Source: Nitrospirota bacterium (lineage in GTDB: Bacteria > Nitrospirota > UBA9217). From it: 64,000 nt of DNA. The number at the start of each line of letters is the position of its first letter. Within the stretch, counting starts at the first letter, position 1. Positions 1-9,885 of this stretch are shown piece by piece. The stretch lies in the NCBI GenBank assembly GCA_035623825.1, contig DASPSR010000060.1, positions 1 through 64,000 on the forward strand, read 5' to 3'. The notes beneath the pieces were generated by a model that saw nothing but the letters and a program-made list of their open reading frames with translations, searched no databases and had not been told where the DNA came from. The position numbers and the translations under genes were made by a program.

Positions 1-89
1 GAAAAGACGCGCAATAGGCATCTCGGCACCGGGCACGCGAACGTGACGGCAGAACCGATAAGATGACCGGGACACAATGGATCCGCGAG

Positions 90-133
90 AGAGGTGATAT
101 GACTTCAGAAAAACATATCACCTCTTATTTTTT
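90..133 (+). terminator. Intrinsic terminator-like hairpin
   Basis: Perfect 12-bp inverted repeat AGAGGTGATATG (90-101) / CATATCACCTCT (114-125) followed by TATTTTTT; lies just past the stop of the minus-strand Fe-S gene. Confidence 0.65.
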
Positions 134-168
134 CCGCCGACCGATGAGCGAGGGCCCCACAATCAGTG

Positions 169-1479
169 CTATGCGACGATGTTCGCAAAATCTCTCGCCT
201 TTTTCTTCGCTGCCTTTACTATTCTTTTCATAAAGGATGAATTGAGTGATTGGGCCGCCATGACCGCCTTGAGCGGTTCGGTCTTCTCCAGAGCTCCCAG
301 TACCCGGCCGAGAGCGCGGTGACTGAGTCTTTCCGGATCGTCGAAGATCAAATCTGCTAGTTTGCCTCTTTCGATGGCCATCATGACCCTTTGGTCAAAA
401 ACGGTCTCGGGTACCAGCACCCGCTGTGAACGCTGCATCATCGTTGCCGCTCCGGTTTTACAGACCGTCGTACAGACCCCGCACCCCAGGCAGGCCTGTT
501 CATTGCGCACTGCCCATTTTATCAATCGTGCTCCATCCATCTTTTTATCGATTCTGATCGCTTCAACTGGGCAGGCTTTTTCGCACTTACCGCAACCCTT
601 GCATTTAGACGTGTCCACATTCATGATGAAGTTGGAGGTGATGATCCCCGGCCGGTGATCAAGGGCCTTGATCCCTTTCATCACGTGGCAGCAGCATCCG
701 CAGCAGTTGCAGATGAACGTCACCTTATTCTGGACGTTGTCCGCTGTTTGGGCCAAGCCTGATTCTTTGCTCCGGGCAAGGATAGCCATTGCATCATTCT
801 TCGTGATGGACCGGGCAATACCATTCCTCGCCAGACTTTCAGCGGCGTAGTTGAACGTCAGACACGCTTCCGGGGACCTACTGCAAGCCTGTCCCACATG
901 TTGTGCAATATGGTGACACTGACAGATGCCGACAGATATGGCTGTTGCTGAATCGATGATGCTGGTTGCCCGCTCCCAATCGAGGACCTCAGTATATGTG
1001 CCCGTTGGAATCGCCTCTTCCCTGACGAGGGTCCGGAACAACTGTGTCTTGCCCTCGAAGAGGGTGCGCACGAAATCGGCGTTATTTTCGAAGAAATATT
1101 CTTCAAAGAGGAGGGCGAGTTCCTTCATCGGCATATCCGGCCGCATACGCATGAAAGTAAGCTCGAATAAACCGATAACGACAGGAGCGAGTACGTAGTA
1201 GCGCAGGCCTTCGTGCTCGACATCGAGTACGAGGCCCCGCTTCGCCATATCGGTCAACTTGTCGTTTAATTCCTCCCTGGGGATCTCAAGGTTTCTTGAC
1301 AGGGTGTCCAGGGAAGCCAATTTGTGTGGGAGACGCCGCGCCAATGCCGCATCTTCGGGCGAGAAAAGCATGCTTAATATTTTCATCAACGTGGGCGAAT
1401 CCGCGGCCCCCTGGATACTTTGAACTAAACGTTTCTGTAATGAGCCATACGCTTGTTCCAAGCCACTAATGTGCCCCAT
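169..1479 (-). CDS. 4Fe-4S dicluster domain protein with N-terminal HTH-like region
   Basis: CKGCGKCEKACP and CLGCGVCTTVC ferredoxin motifs, plus CQC and CNCCGCCC; GGAG RBS. Confidence 0.85.
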   Translation of the reverse strand: MGHISGLEQAYGSLQKRLVQSIQGAADSPTLMKILSMLFSPEDAALARRLPHKLASLDTLSRNLEIPREELNDKLTDMAKRGLVLDVEHEGLRYYVLAPVVIGLFELTFMRMRPDMPMKELALLFEEYFFENNADFVRTLFEGKTQLFRTLVREEAIPTGTYTEVLDWERATSIIDSATAISVGICQCHHIAQHVGQACSRSPEACLTFNYAAESLARNGIARSITKNDAMAILARSKESGLAQTADNVQNKVTFICNCCGCCCHVMKGIKALDHRPGIITSNFIMNVDTSKCKGCGKCEKACPVEAIRIDKKMDGARLIKWAVRNEQACLGCGVCTTVCKTGAATMMQRSQRVLVPETVFDQRVMMAIERGKLADLIFDDPERLSHRALGRVLGALEKTEPLKAVMAAQSLNSSFMKRIVKAAKKKARDFANIVA

Positions 1480-1598
1480 TGTTTCTCCTTCTCATGAGGT
1501 CTCGTTCCGTCGTATGCACAGATCAGACGTCCCGATCAATCTCAGCTTTTGCTCTGATGAAAGGCTCCCAAAATACTTATTCTCCGCATGAGGAAGCA

Positions 1599-1787
1599 TT
1601 ATTTCCCAGTAATAAAGAGCCTGACAATTCTTCCAACAATGGTTATTCCCAAGACAACACCTATCACTATTGCAAGTAAGACTGCAAATATGAGGGTCAA
1701 TTTGAAGACAACAAAAAAGAGTGGAAATAAAACGACGCACAGAATTATTGTCAGACATCCGGTAGCAAAATCCTTCGCTTCTAACAT
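1599..1787 (-). CDS. Small membrane protein (62 aa)
   Basis: AGGAGG RBS upstream; two hydrophobic helices. Confidence 0.7.
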   Translation of the reverse strand: MLEAKDFATGCLTIILCVVLFPLFFVVFKLTLIFAVLLAIVIGVVLGITIVGRIVRLFITGK

Positions 1788-2268
1788 GGGATATCCCCCT
1801 CCTGTTTGCCTTCTACAACATTATGCGATATACTGCGTGTTCCCCTTTGCCCCTGCCAATTGTATTTCGGCCCGAATGCATGTCCAGCGATGCGGCATCT
1901 TATATGAGGGTATCAAACCAATATCAATATTGCAAGCAAAACTACCCCCGTGGTCACATTCTTCGGTCATGATGGGACCTGCGGCATTCGTTGTGTTTGC
2001 GTGACTACTTCATGAGTCCTATAAGATGATCGCCGTTTTGCCGGCTTCCTGACCGTGGCCACGGCTAAATATGGCGGACCGTGATAACAGCTCTTTGCAT
2101 CATACCGCCAGCATTTGCTTCAGAGCTTTATTATTGTCGCTGTCGGGGTCTGGAAGGAGTATCGAGAATAAGGCACCTTCAATCGTTCGAAGGCGGGAAT
2201 TACACGCCATGCCGCAGGTAGCGATGAAAGCAGATATGGACATGTTCATATGTGGACCTCTACAAGTG

Positions 2269-2300
2269 AAAAGCCCGCTCCAGATTGGAGCGGGCTTTTG
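2269..2300. terminator. Bidirectional intrinsic terminator
   Basis: AAAAGCCCGCTCCAGATTGGAGCGGGCTTTT hairpin with A and T tails, downstream of the bactofilin gene. Confidence 0.8.
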
Positions 2301-2350
2301 TTTGGGAAAAGCAAAGCTCGGGCATGACAGTGTTTATCTTGAAGACGCGC

Positions 2351-2926
2351 CTAAGACGCGAAGAAACCCTTCCTTTTCGGCTCTCCTTTTCGGTCGGGTA
2401 TTCGTTCCGGTCCGGGGATCTGTACCATCCCGGTTCGGGTGACCTTGCCCTCCACTTTCGCTCCCTTTTGAATGCAGAGAGTTTCCTTGTACAAAATTTC
2501 TCCCTTGCCTCGTGCGGCGGATCCGAGCTCCACTTCGTTGCTCTCAAGGCTGCCCGTGAACTCGCCGTTGATGTGTATCCTGTCTTTTGCCTGGATCTTG
2601 CCGCCGAGGAATTTGCCTGTCACCTTCACGTACCCTCCGGCACTAATATTTCCTCCGCTCATTTCGCCTTCGATCTCGACGCTGCCGCCCCTCGCATCGA
2701 TGTTCCCCTTGCATTTGCCTTTGATGAAGATGCTTGCATTATTTTCGGCGGTGATATTCCCCTCGAGGTCGCCGTTCATCTGCAGGTCTTGGTTCACGAC
2801 CATGTTGCCGGTGATCTTACTGCCCTTGAATATCGCGTTAATTCCCTGCTCCTCGGTCTTGACCGCGCTCAAGACGGTATTCCGACCCGGTATATTGACC
2901 TCGATCATCTCATCCTGTTTTAGCAT
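2351..2926 (-). CDS. Bactofilin / polymer-forming cytoskeletal protein
   Basis: Repeated beta-helix motifs (ITGN, LEGNI, GEFTG) ending IQKGAKVEGKV; start moved to MLKQ behind GGAG. Confidence 0.8.
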   Translation of the reverse strand: MLKQDEMIEVNIPGRNTVLSAVKTEEQGINAIFKGSKITGNMVVNQDLQMNGDLEGNITAENNASIFIKGKCKGNIDARGGSVEIEGEMSGGNISAGGYVKVTGKFLGGKIQAKDRIHINGEFTGSLESNEVELGSAARGKGEILYKETLCIQKGAKVEGKVTRTGMVQIPGPERIPDRKGEPKRKGFFAS

Positions 2927-3153
2927 ATTTATTCTCCGATATCCGTATTCGTCCCGATGGTCGATCCCGCAGCCCATCAGGGAAATCCGCATCATACCAG
3001 ATTTCCGTCCTTCTCTGTCAGAGTAATGATATCGGATTCGGGAATAATAATCTGTGATCAATATCACCGCTGCACTGCATTTTTTCAGGGACACTGCTCC
3101 AACCAAGCGAAACTTTCATAACAAAGTAGTATACGGTTATCAGAAACGATATG

Positions 3154-3777
3154 TCAAAAGTCCGGTGAATAAAAATGATTCCCGATGCCGAGCGTAAACA
3201 CCAAATTGCCATATAACGCGTGTTCAACCGTTACGGCGAGAAGAGACCTGCTCCCCAGATAGGTGGTCGCCCACAGAAGTGAGGCAACGAAAGATCCGAT
3301 TACAGCGACCCGGTTCCTGAAAAGAATGTGGGCGAATGCAAAGAGCACCGCGTTAGCCAACAGGCTTGTTCTTTTCTCTTTAAATAGAGGGCCGTATCGG
3401 TGAAAGAAAAAAGCCCGATAGATGACTTCTTGAGGCACGACAGAGAGGACGGGATAGGTGATCATGATCAACGACCAGCGCGAACAATTGTGACGGACGA
3501 TCGACAACGTGTTTTCCGGTTCGACGAGAACAGTGTACAGCGACAGGCCGCACGCGATAATGGCGAACCGCGTGACCAATATGCGCCAGTCGCAAAAACC
3601 GTTCAATCCAAAACGATTGCGATCGAAAGCCCTGTCGCGGAGCAATAGCACGAGGCATATGATGCAAACAACCAACAGTACTGTGCTTTTGAGATGCGGG
3701 ATGAACGTACCGTAGAGGAGAATGGGAACACCGAGAAAAATCCCGGCCATCTCAATCCATCGAGTCAGATTCCTCAT
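3154..3777 (-). CDS. CPBP (CAAX/Abi) intramembrane metalloprotease family
   Basis: Multiple TM helices; QEVIYR, FAFAH and EHALYG motifs. Confidence 0.8.
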   Translation of the reverse strand: MRNLTRWIEMAGIFLGVPILLYGTFIPHLKSTVLLVVCIICLVLLLRDRAFDRNRFGLNGFCDWRILVTRFAIIACGLSLYTVLVEPENTLSIVRHNCSRWSLIMITYPVLSVVPQEVIYRAFFFHRYGPLFKEKRTSLLANAVLFAFAHILFRNRVAVIGSFVASLLWATTYLGSRSLLAVTVEHALYGNLVFTLGIGNHFYSPDF

Positions 3778-3961
3778 TGTCGTATAGCGCCCCAATATTT
3801 TTTTTTCCTGCAGACTGACCCCGTTCGCACATTAGATTAAAAGAAAAGGCATAAGGCCTTTAGATGTGTGCATGTTTATCATCTTCATTTACTAAATAAT
3901 TTCTCTTATAATATGCATAACAGAATAACAGTTGAGCTTTTCTCGTTAAAAGGACATCTCA

Positions 3962-4303
3962 ATGGACTACTATTATAATTTGGAGCCGGGAAGATTAAGG
4001 ATTCGAACGCCATACCTTTACCATAATCCCCAAAATGCGGTAGTTTTTGAAAAAAATCTGAAGGAATTAAGCGGGATAGTGACCGTGGAAACCAATCCTT
4101 TGACCGGCAGCGCGTTAATCCACTTTGATGAAAAAACAATCAGAAGTGATCAGATAGTCGGGTTTCTTGAAAAGCACGGTTATTTCATCTTGTCTAAGGC
4201 AAAAACGTCGGATGAAGTAATCGAACAGGCTGCCGAAAAAGTTCTTGACGCTGTAGAGAAAGTCGCTATCGATTCAATCGAAGGGGGTATCGTGGAATCT
4301 TAG
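3962..4303 (+). CDS. HMA2-type heavy-metal-associated domain protein
   Basis: PGRLRIR ... GIVTVETNPLTGSALIHFD signature. Confidence 0.75.
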   Translation: MDYYYNLEPGRLRIRTPYLYHNPQNAVVFEKNLKELSGIVTVETNPLTGSALIHFDEKTIRSDQIVGFLEKHGYFILSKAKTSDEVIEQAAEKVLDAVEKVAIDSIEGGIVES

Positions 4304-4454
4304 CCTTCCCACATCCGGGAGCCGGATTTCAGTCTGCGCCTTGCAGCTGTTTGACAACGTCCAGCATGTTCATGCCCAAAAATTCCGAGGACCAATTGAG
4401 CACCGCTGGTCAAAAATACCCGCTCCCCGTCAGCATACTATAAAGAAGGGTTAA

Positions 4455-5072
4455 TCACAAGATCTGCTCGATGCCGATGGCGATCAATGCCATACCTGCC
4501 ACGATAGTGGCAGCGTTGCCTAATTTCCATCTCATAAAAAACTCTGCTATGTAGTTGCCCGCCCACAATGCAAGAAAGCTGAATATGGCTGAAAATAACC
4601 CCACCAGAAATGAATTCAAGCCGATCATCCCGGCTCCCATCCCTCCACCAATATTGTTAATTGACAGAGCGATTCCGAGCACTGTTGCCTCCTGAAAATC
4701 GATGTGTTTTGAGCCGTCTCTATCTGCATGGTTCGGATTACCGAGAACATGCCAAAAACCTTTTCCCCCTGCTTCATTTGATGGTTTCAAATTACTTTGG
4801 TGCTTCTTGATAACAGGCTCGATGATGATCCATATACCTATTGCGGAAAGCAGAAGCATGCTGACTACCGAGGCAAGTCGCTTGCTAAGAAATACTAACA
4901 TGAGCGTACCAGAAAAAGCCGCGGCGGCAGATATGATAAATGTAATTACCGAAATCCACAAATTTATCAGGGTCGAAATCTTGATCCCACGAATACTGTA
5001 TGCAATTCTGACGCCGATATTATCCAGATTGTTGACCACCGCAATGACAAGTATAAGAATAAGATATTTCAT
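4455..5072 (-). CDS. MntP/YtaF family membrane protein (putative Mn efflux)
   Basis: Duplicated NNLDN-x-G / ALSINN-x-G motifs; about 6 TM helices. Confidence 0.75.
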   Translation of the reverse strand: MKYLILILVIAVVNNLDNIGVRIAYSIRGIKISTLINLWISVITFIISAAAAFSGTLMLVFLSKRLASVVSMLLLSAIGIWIIIEPVIKKHQSNLKPSNEAGGKGFWHVLGNPNHADRDGSKHIDFQEATVLGIALSINNIGGGMGAGMIGLNSFLVGLFSAIFSFLALWAGNYIAEFFMRWKLGNAATIVAGMALIAIGIEQIL

Positions 5073-5238
5073 ACATGGTCCTTTCGTATCGATCCTGCTA
5101 ACCCGATATCACCTTATCGTAACATCATTGCCACCCAGCTTTCAATGGGTATACTATATCTCCTCAGACATGGAAATATAATCAACCCGTCCATGTCCAT
5201 TAAGATTCTCTCCTGACCCCGACCTGGATCCTTCAGCC

Positions 5239-5844
5239 TCAAGCCGCCTTTGCCTTGGGAAGTGCACCGGCCGCAACCTCTTTTACTCCTTCAACGACGC
5301 CGATCAACATGTCCTTGACTGCCTTGACTGCAGTATTGCCGATTGCTGCTGCGGCATCTATGGCACCCGTAACGGCTGTTTTTGCGACTTCTTCAACGTT
5401 GCCGCCAATTTCCCTCATTGCTTCAATAACGCCGTCAACTGCCCGCCGGGCCACCATGGCAACATCCGCGCCGATATCGGCCGCTCCCTTGACAGCGCTT
5501 TTAACCGTTGACCCTGCAGTGGAAACCAGGTCACCACCAACATCGCCCACCCCCATTAGAACTCCTTTCGCTACGCTCTTGGTGCTCAGGATCAGCCCGG
5601 TACCGACCTCTTCCGTGGCTTGAATCGCGCCTTTAATGACATCTTTTGCAATATTTGTAACCTCACTCGCCGCGGAGCCCGTTACGCGGAGCGCCTCGAC
5701 CACGGTGTTCCGGACAAGGCTGACTATTTCTGCCTCTATCTCGTTGATTCCTTTGAGGCTGCTTACGATCCCCTCCTTTACAGCCGTTCCCGCCTTACCG
5801 ATTTCCATTGATTTTACGTCACTTATTTTCTCTGTGCTTGTCAT
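5239..5844 (-). CDS. Hypothetical Ala/Gly/Val-rich protein made of eight 22-aa repeats
   Basis: Strong GGAGG RBS; 22-residue periodicity visible in the translation. Confidence 0.8.
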   Translation of the reverse strand: MTSTEKISDVKSMEIGKAGTAVKEGIVSSLKGINEIEAEIVSLVRNTVVEALRVTGSAASEVTNIAKDVIKGAIQATEEVGTGLILSTKSVAKGVLMGVGDVGGDLVSTAGSTVKSAVKGAADIGADVAMVARRAVDGVIEAMREIGGNVEEVAKTAVTGAIDAAAAIGNTAVKAVKDMLIGVVEGVKEVAAGALPKAKAA

Positions 5845-6304
5845 ACTTACCCTCCCCTCCCTGTCATAAAAGCCATTGCAAATTCACCAGCTACAATTGA
5901 TAACAGAGAATTTACCCAGACGCAGGCTCTCACCCATGCATCACGGCATTTCTCTTAATCGAGACCATTTTTATCGTATTTTACGCAGCCGGTCCCCCCT
6001 TATTGTGCAAAAAAGCGCCGTCAAAAGCTTTCCTCTAATATTATAATATCTATATTATTATATCTCTCACTTTGTTTTAATAAAACAGCTTCCCCTAAAA
6101 AATTTTCATTACATACCTATACTTCCTATACTTGCCAGCTATAACTGTCGGCTATTGCATTTAAAATCATATTACGTACACTTTCGCGAGTAAGTCACTC
6201 TTCCTAACCAGAACCGAAATTCAATCAAATCACGGCATCGTATGGACTGAGAGACGGCAATCGTTATGGAGTATAATTAGATTAGTCGATAGATATAAGA
6301 GGAG

Positions 6305-7306
6305 ATGAATATGAAACAGGGAAGGGTAGTCGCCCTCGCAATTCTCCTTGCAGCGCTTTTTCCACTCGCTGCATCCAGGGCAGACAGGATATCAATAAGA
6401 GAGTGGGACGTCCCGACGCCGGATTCGTCCCCGCACGATCCCGCCGTGGGGCCGGATGGATCGCTCTGGTATACAGGTATTCTGTCCAATACGCTCGGAC
6501 AATTAGACCCGGCGACGGGAAAGATAAAAGAGTATCCCCTCAAGACTGCCGATTCCGGCCCGCACGGGCTTGCTGCAGACAAGGAAGGGAAAATCTGGTT
6601 TACCGCCAACTACAAAGGCTACATCGGAATGCTGAATCCGCAAACGGGAGTCGTGACTGAATATCCCCTGCCTGATCCTTCAGCGCGGGACCCGCACTCC
6701 CTGGTCTTCGACGGTCAGGGATCGCTTTGGTTCACAGTGCAGACCGGCAACTTCGTCGGCAGGTTTGACCCCCGAACCGGAATCATTACGCTAAAGCAGT
6801 CTCTGACAGCTGATTCAAGGCCCTATGGAATCTCCGTGAACTCAAAAGGAATCCCTTTCTTCTGCGAGTTTGGGACCAATAAGATCGGGAGGATCGATCG
6901 CGAGACCATGAAAATCACTGAATATGTGCTCCCGAAGGGGGCCCGACCTCGACGATTGGCGATTAGTGCCGACGATATGATCTATTATACAGATTACCGG
7001 CGTGGATACCTCGGCAGGCTTGACCCGAAGAACGGCAAGGTCGATGAATGGCGATCACCTGGAGGTAATAATTCACGGCCTTATGGCATGACGATAACCC
7101 CGGACGGCGCAATCTGGTATAGTGAATCAGGCGTCGAGCCGAACACGATAGTTCGCTTCGATCCCAAAACGGGACGTTTCTTGAAATGGGACGTGCCTTC
7201 AGGCGGTGGAGTTATCCGCAACATGGCGGCTACTTCAGGCGGCGATGTCTATTTCGCTTGCAGTGGAGTCAATAAGGTCGGGATCGTAGTAAGACCCGGC
7301 CTCTGA
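6305..7306 (+). CDS. Secreted Vgb-like (streptogramin lyase fold) beta-propeller
   Basis: Signal peptide; about 7 blades of type PHxxxxxxDGxxWfT...xGxLDPxTG. Confidence 0.85.
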   Translation: MNMKQGRVVALAILLAALFPLAASRADRISIREWDVPTPDSSPHDPAVGPDGSLWYTGILSNTLGQLDPATGKIKEYPLKTADSGPHGLAADKEGKIWFTANYKGYIGMLNPQTGVVTEYPLPDPSARDPHSLVFDGQGSLWFTVQTGNFVGRFDPRTGIITLKQSLTADSRPYGISVNSKGIPFFCEFGTNKIGRIDRETMKITEYVLPKGARPRRLAISADDMIYYTDYRRGYLGRLDPKNGKVDEWRSPGGNNSRPYGMTITPDGAIWYSESGVEPNTIVRFDPKTGRFLKWDVPSGGGVIRNMAATSGGDVYFACSGVNKVGIVVRPGL

Positions 7307-7413
7307 CGAGATCAAGCACAGTTGCAGGCCAATGCACCATGTATTGTCCGTTGCGTGCCTGGATCTGACCGTCATGGCAGAGGATTTTTGAGAGCAAGAA
7401 TAATGAAATCTTC

Positions 7414-8106
7414 TCAGTCACTATCGGATTTCGGGACAGATTGCATGCTTCTTCCTGTTGTTGAATCAGAAAAACTTTTTCCCACCACTGCCCCAATTAC
7501 CGTTCCTATAATTGCGCCAGCCACAAAGTCGGAAAACCAATGAATGCTTATGGATACTCCTAATCCGATGTAAAGCGCATAAAAAATTGCAAGATATCTT
7601 ATGACCTCATTTTTCGGATACAGCACCAATAGCGTTACGGCCATAGCAAAAGCGATGGTAGTGTGCGAAGATGGCCAGCCCCAGAACATCCCCCCTCGCA
7701 TAAACCCAATCCGAAAATCCCGGCTGATATCGATCGTTCCCTGTGTGAGCAGCCTTGGTGGATGAACTCTTCCAGTCAGTGCTTTGTAAAAAGAAGCGAC
7801 CAGCGCGCCGATGAGAACCGATTGACCTAATGCGCCGGCTGTGCGAACGTTTTTCAAATTTCTCGCGATTTTGCCGAATACGTAGAGAACGAGCGGCACG
7901 AAAATCGGCACTCGGCTACCAAGCCTCACGGCAGGGAAAAGGACGGAATGTAAAAGGGAGCTTCTGGAAGATTCAAAATAGAGCCAGTCAAAGCTTGAAG
8001 TCACGATGACGTACGTAAGCATAATCGCCAGGAGATGCCAGAGAATATTATAACCGCTAAAGCATTTGAAGATATTTTTTGGAAGATTGTAGAAAAAGAC
8101 AGACAT
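7414..8106 (-). CDS. PAP2 family membrane phosphatase
   Basis: KALTGRVHP, PSSH and HWFSD motifs; TM helices. Confidence 0.8.
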   Translation of the reverse strand: MSVFFYNLPKNIFKCFSGYNILWHLLAIMLTYVIVTSSFDWLYFESSRSSLLHSVLFPAVRLGSRVPIFVPLVLYVFGKIARNLKNVRTAGALGQSVLIGALVASFYKALTGRVHPPRLLTQGTIDISRDFRIGFMRGGMFWGWPSSHTTIAFAMAVTLLVLYPKNEVIRYLAIFYALYIGLGVSISIHWFSDFVAGAIIGTVIGAVVGKSFSDSTTGRSMQSVPKSDSD

Positions 8107-8304
8107 AGATCAAGATTACCTGCTAAAGAACATTGATTCTTGGCCAAATGGTCTTTCTCCTGAGGGATGCTCTTTCATACAACAAACATTTTCTGGTTAA
8201 CGCAGAGGTGAGCAGGTTTCTAAATTCAACGATAAGAATACTGTCGATGAGACCAACCACATTGCTCGCAATGTATTGAAAATACGGATCTTCGCCCCGG
8301 GGCT

Positions 8305-8919
8305 TCAGTCAATCGCAAATGAGCCCGTCCTGAGGCTCCCGCCCCGCCGGTAGACACTGACAACAACGCCTCTGCTAGTAGCGTTCGATCTGATGAGCGT
8401 GAGAGAGGTTGGGACCGCGCCTGCACCGAAGAGTCTCTTGCCGGTCCCGAGTATCACCGGAAAAGTCAAAAGTCTATATTCGTCGATGAGATCTTTCTCG
8501 ATTAGAGTCTGGGCAAGGCCACAACTACCGTGAACCTGCACCTCTCGTGAAAAACGCTTTTTGAGTTCAATGACTTCCTCCTCGACGTCTCGGATGTGAG
8601 TGCTTCCATTCCAGGTAAACGCAGTCCTCGTTCGCGAAGCCACGAACTTCGGAAGCGAATTAAGCTTGGTGGCGATCGGATCGTCGGGATCAGTGACCCG
8701 GGGCCAATAGGCCGAGAAAATGTCGTAGGTTGTTCGGCCTAAAAGAAACGCATCCGCTTTCGAGAATACCTCGATTATTGCCCTCCCCATATCAGCGTCG
8801 GCAAAGGGAACGAGCCAGCCACCATGAGGGAAGCCACCGCTCGTATCTTCGGATGGATCACCGGGCGCCTGCATGACACCGTCAAGCGTAAGAAAGGTCG
8901 TCAATGTCAGCTCAGCCAT
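8305..8919 (-). CDS. Dihydrofolate reductase-like (RibD C-terminal) protein
   Basis: TLDG, LLGRTTY, HGS, DLIDEY..PVILGTGKRLF motifs. Confidence 0.85.
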   Translation of the reverse strand: MAELTLTTFLTLDGVMQAPGDPSEDTSGGFPHGGWLVPFADADMGRAIIEVFSKADAFLLGRTTYDIFSAYWPRVTDPDDPIATKLNSLPKFVASRTRTAFTWNGSTHIRDVEEEVIELKKRFSREVQVHGSCGLAQTLIEKDLIDEYRLLTFPVILGTGKRLFGAGAVPTSLTLIRSNATSRGVVVSVYRRGGSLRTGSFAID

Positions 8920-9094
8920 GATTCACCTATTTATCGCATTGTCTGCCCACCAATGGCACCAAGGAAGATTGGAGGCAACCTTCAGTATGAGATTGCCGCT
9001 CAAGATGCCGATACTACATACTGTAAGGCACAGCGGCTTGGTAAGGGTCGTTCAGTTTTTGTGCCGCAACAATTGTCTTACAGCCAACGTCTCA

Positions 9095-9742
9095 CTAATA
9101 AGCATCCACCGATCGTCCGGCATCAACGACTTCCTTGATAAGGTCGGAACGTCTGATGATGACTGAATAGTTGGACCATGTTAAATGATATTTCCCGAAC
9201 TCTGCGATTAGGGGCGCAGCCCTGTTACTCTCATAATTTTCAAGGCTCTTGCATCGTCCGTTCAAGCAGTAGAGTAATTCTCTCTTGACCGTCCCCTTCG
9301 GCGTGATCCCGCTAAAAACGGTCTGTTTCCACGTAAGCCCGAAGGTGTCCCTGTTCCCCATCTCATCAGTATAAACAAACCCTGCTGACCATACTTGTTC
9401 GCACGGACCGGCCTCGCAGATCAGGACATTAAACTGAGTGCGCATATATGTGCCGGATTGGTTCTTTTTCTCGGTATATCCACTGATCGCCTTTGGGTTT
9501 GCCTTATGCGTGATGCCGAGACTGATGCGGGACTGTGGTTCGTTGGTATCTTCAAAAAACACCTTAATGACGGTAAGGTGCGATTGCCAACGCTCTTCGC
9601 TTGGGTTTTCTCTATTTTTTTCTTCAGCAAGAACTGCTTCTGTTGCCTTTTCCGACCTTGCTTCCAGTGCCAGAATGCCGCTGCACGGTGATAATACGAA
9701 GATCGCCATAAAGGGCAAAACAGGGGAAAAGCGCAATCTCAT
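9095..9742 (-). CDS. Hypothetical exported protein
   Basis: GGAGG RBS; signal-like N-terminus; no recognised domain. Confidence 0.6.
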   Translation of the reverse strand: MRLRFSPVLPFMAIFVLSPCSGILALEARSEKATEAVLAEEKNRENPSEERWQSHLTVIKVFFEDTNEPQSRISLGITHKANPKAISGYTEKKNQSGTYMRTQFNVLICEAGPCEQVWSAGFVYTDEMGNRDTFGLTWKQTVFSGITPKGTVKRELLYCLNGRCKSLENYESNRAAPLIAEFGKYHLTWSNYSVIIRRSDLIKEVVDAGRSVDAY

Positions 9743-9885
9743 GAAAAGCCTCCCGTTTTATTAAGCCTTGAGGTTATATTTAAGAATTTCTACTTTTTCG
9801 CGCAATATACCCCCCTCGGCTTTTAAGCTTCTCGAGCAGCCAGGAGGCCCATTATCGCCGCGCAGTCCGGACCTAAAGAGTGACG

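Noticed and set aside
1-125. Minus-strand GAGGTG-ATG-TTT-TTC-TGA as a possible selenoprotein start
   Set aside because: The apparent RBS and ATG are one arm of the 12-bp terminator hairpin, and the readthrough peptide resembles nothing I recognise.
5073-5238. yybP-ykoY manganese riboswitch upstream of the MntP-like gene
   Set aside because: The conserved riboswitch motifs are not visible.
6305-7306. Streptogramin B resistance gene vgb
   Set aside because: Fold-level similarity only; the signal peptide and context argue against naming it a resistance gene.
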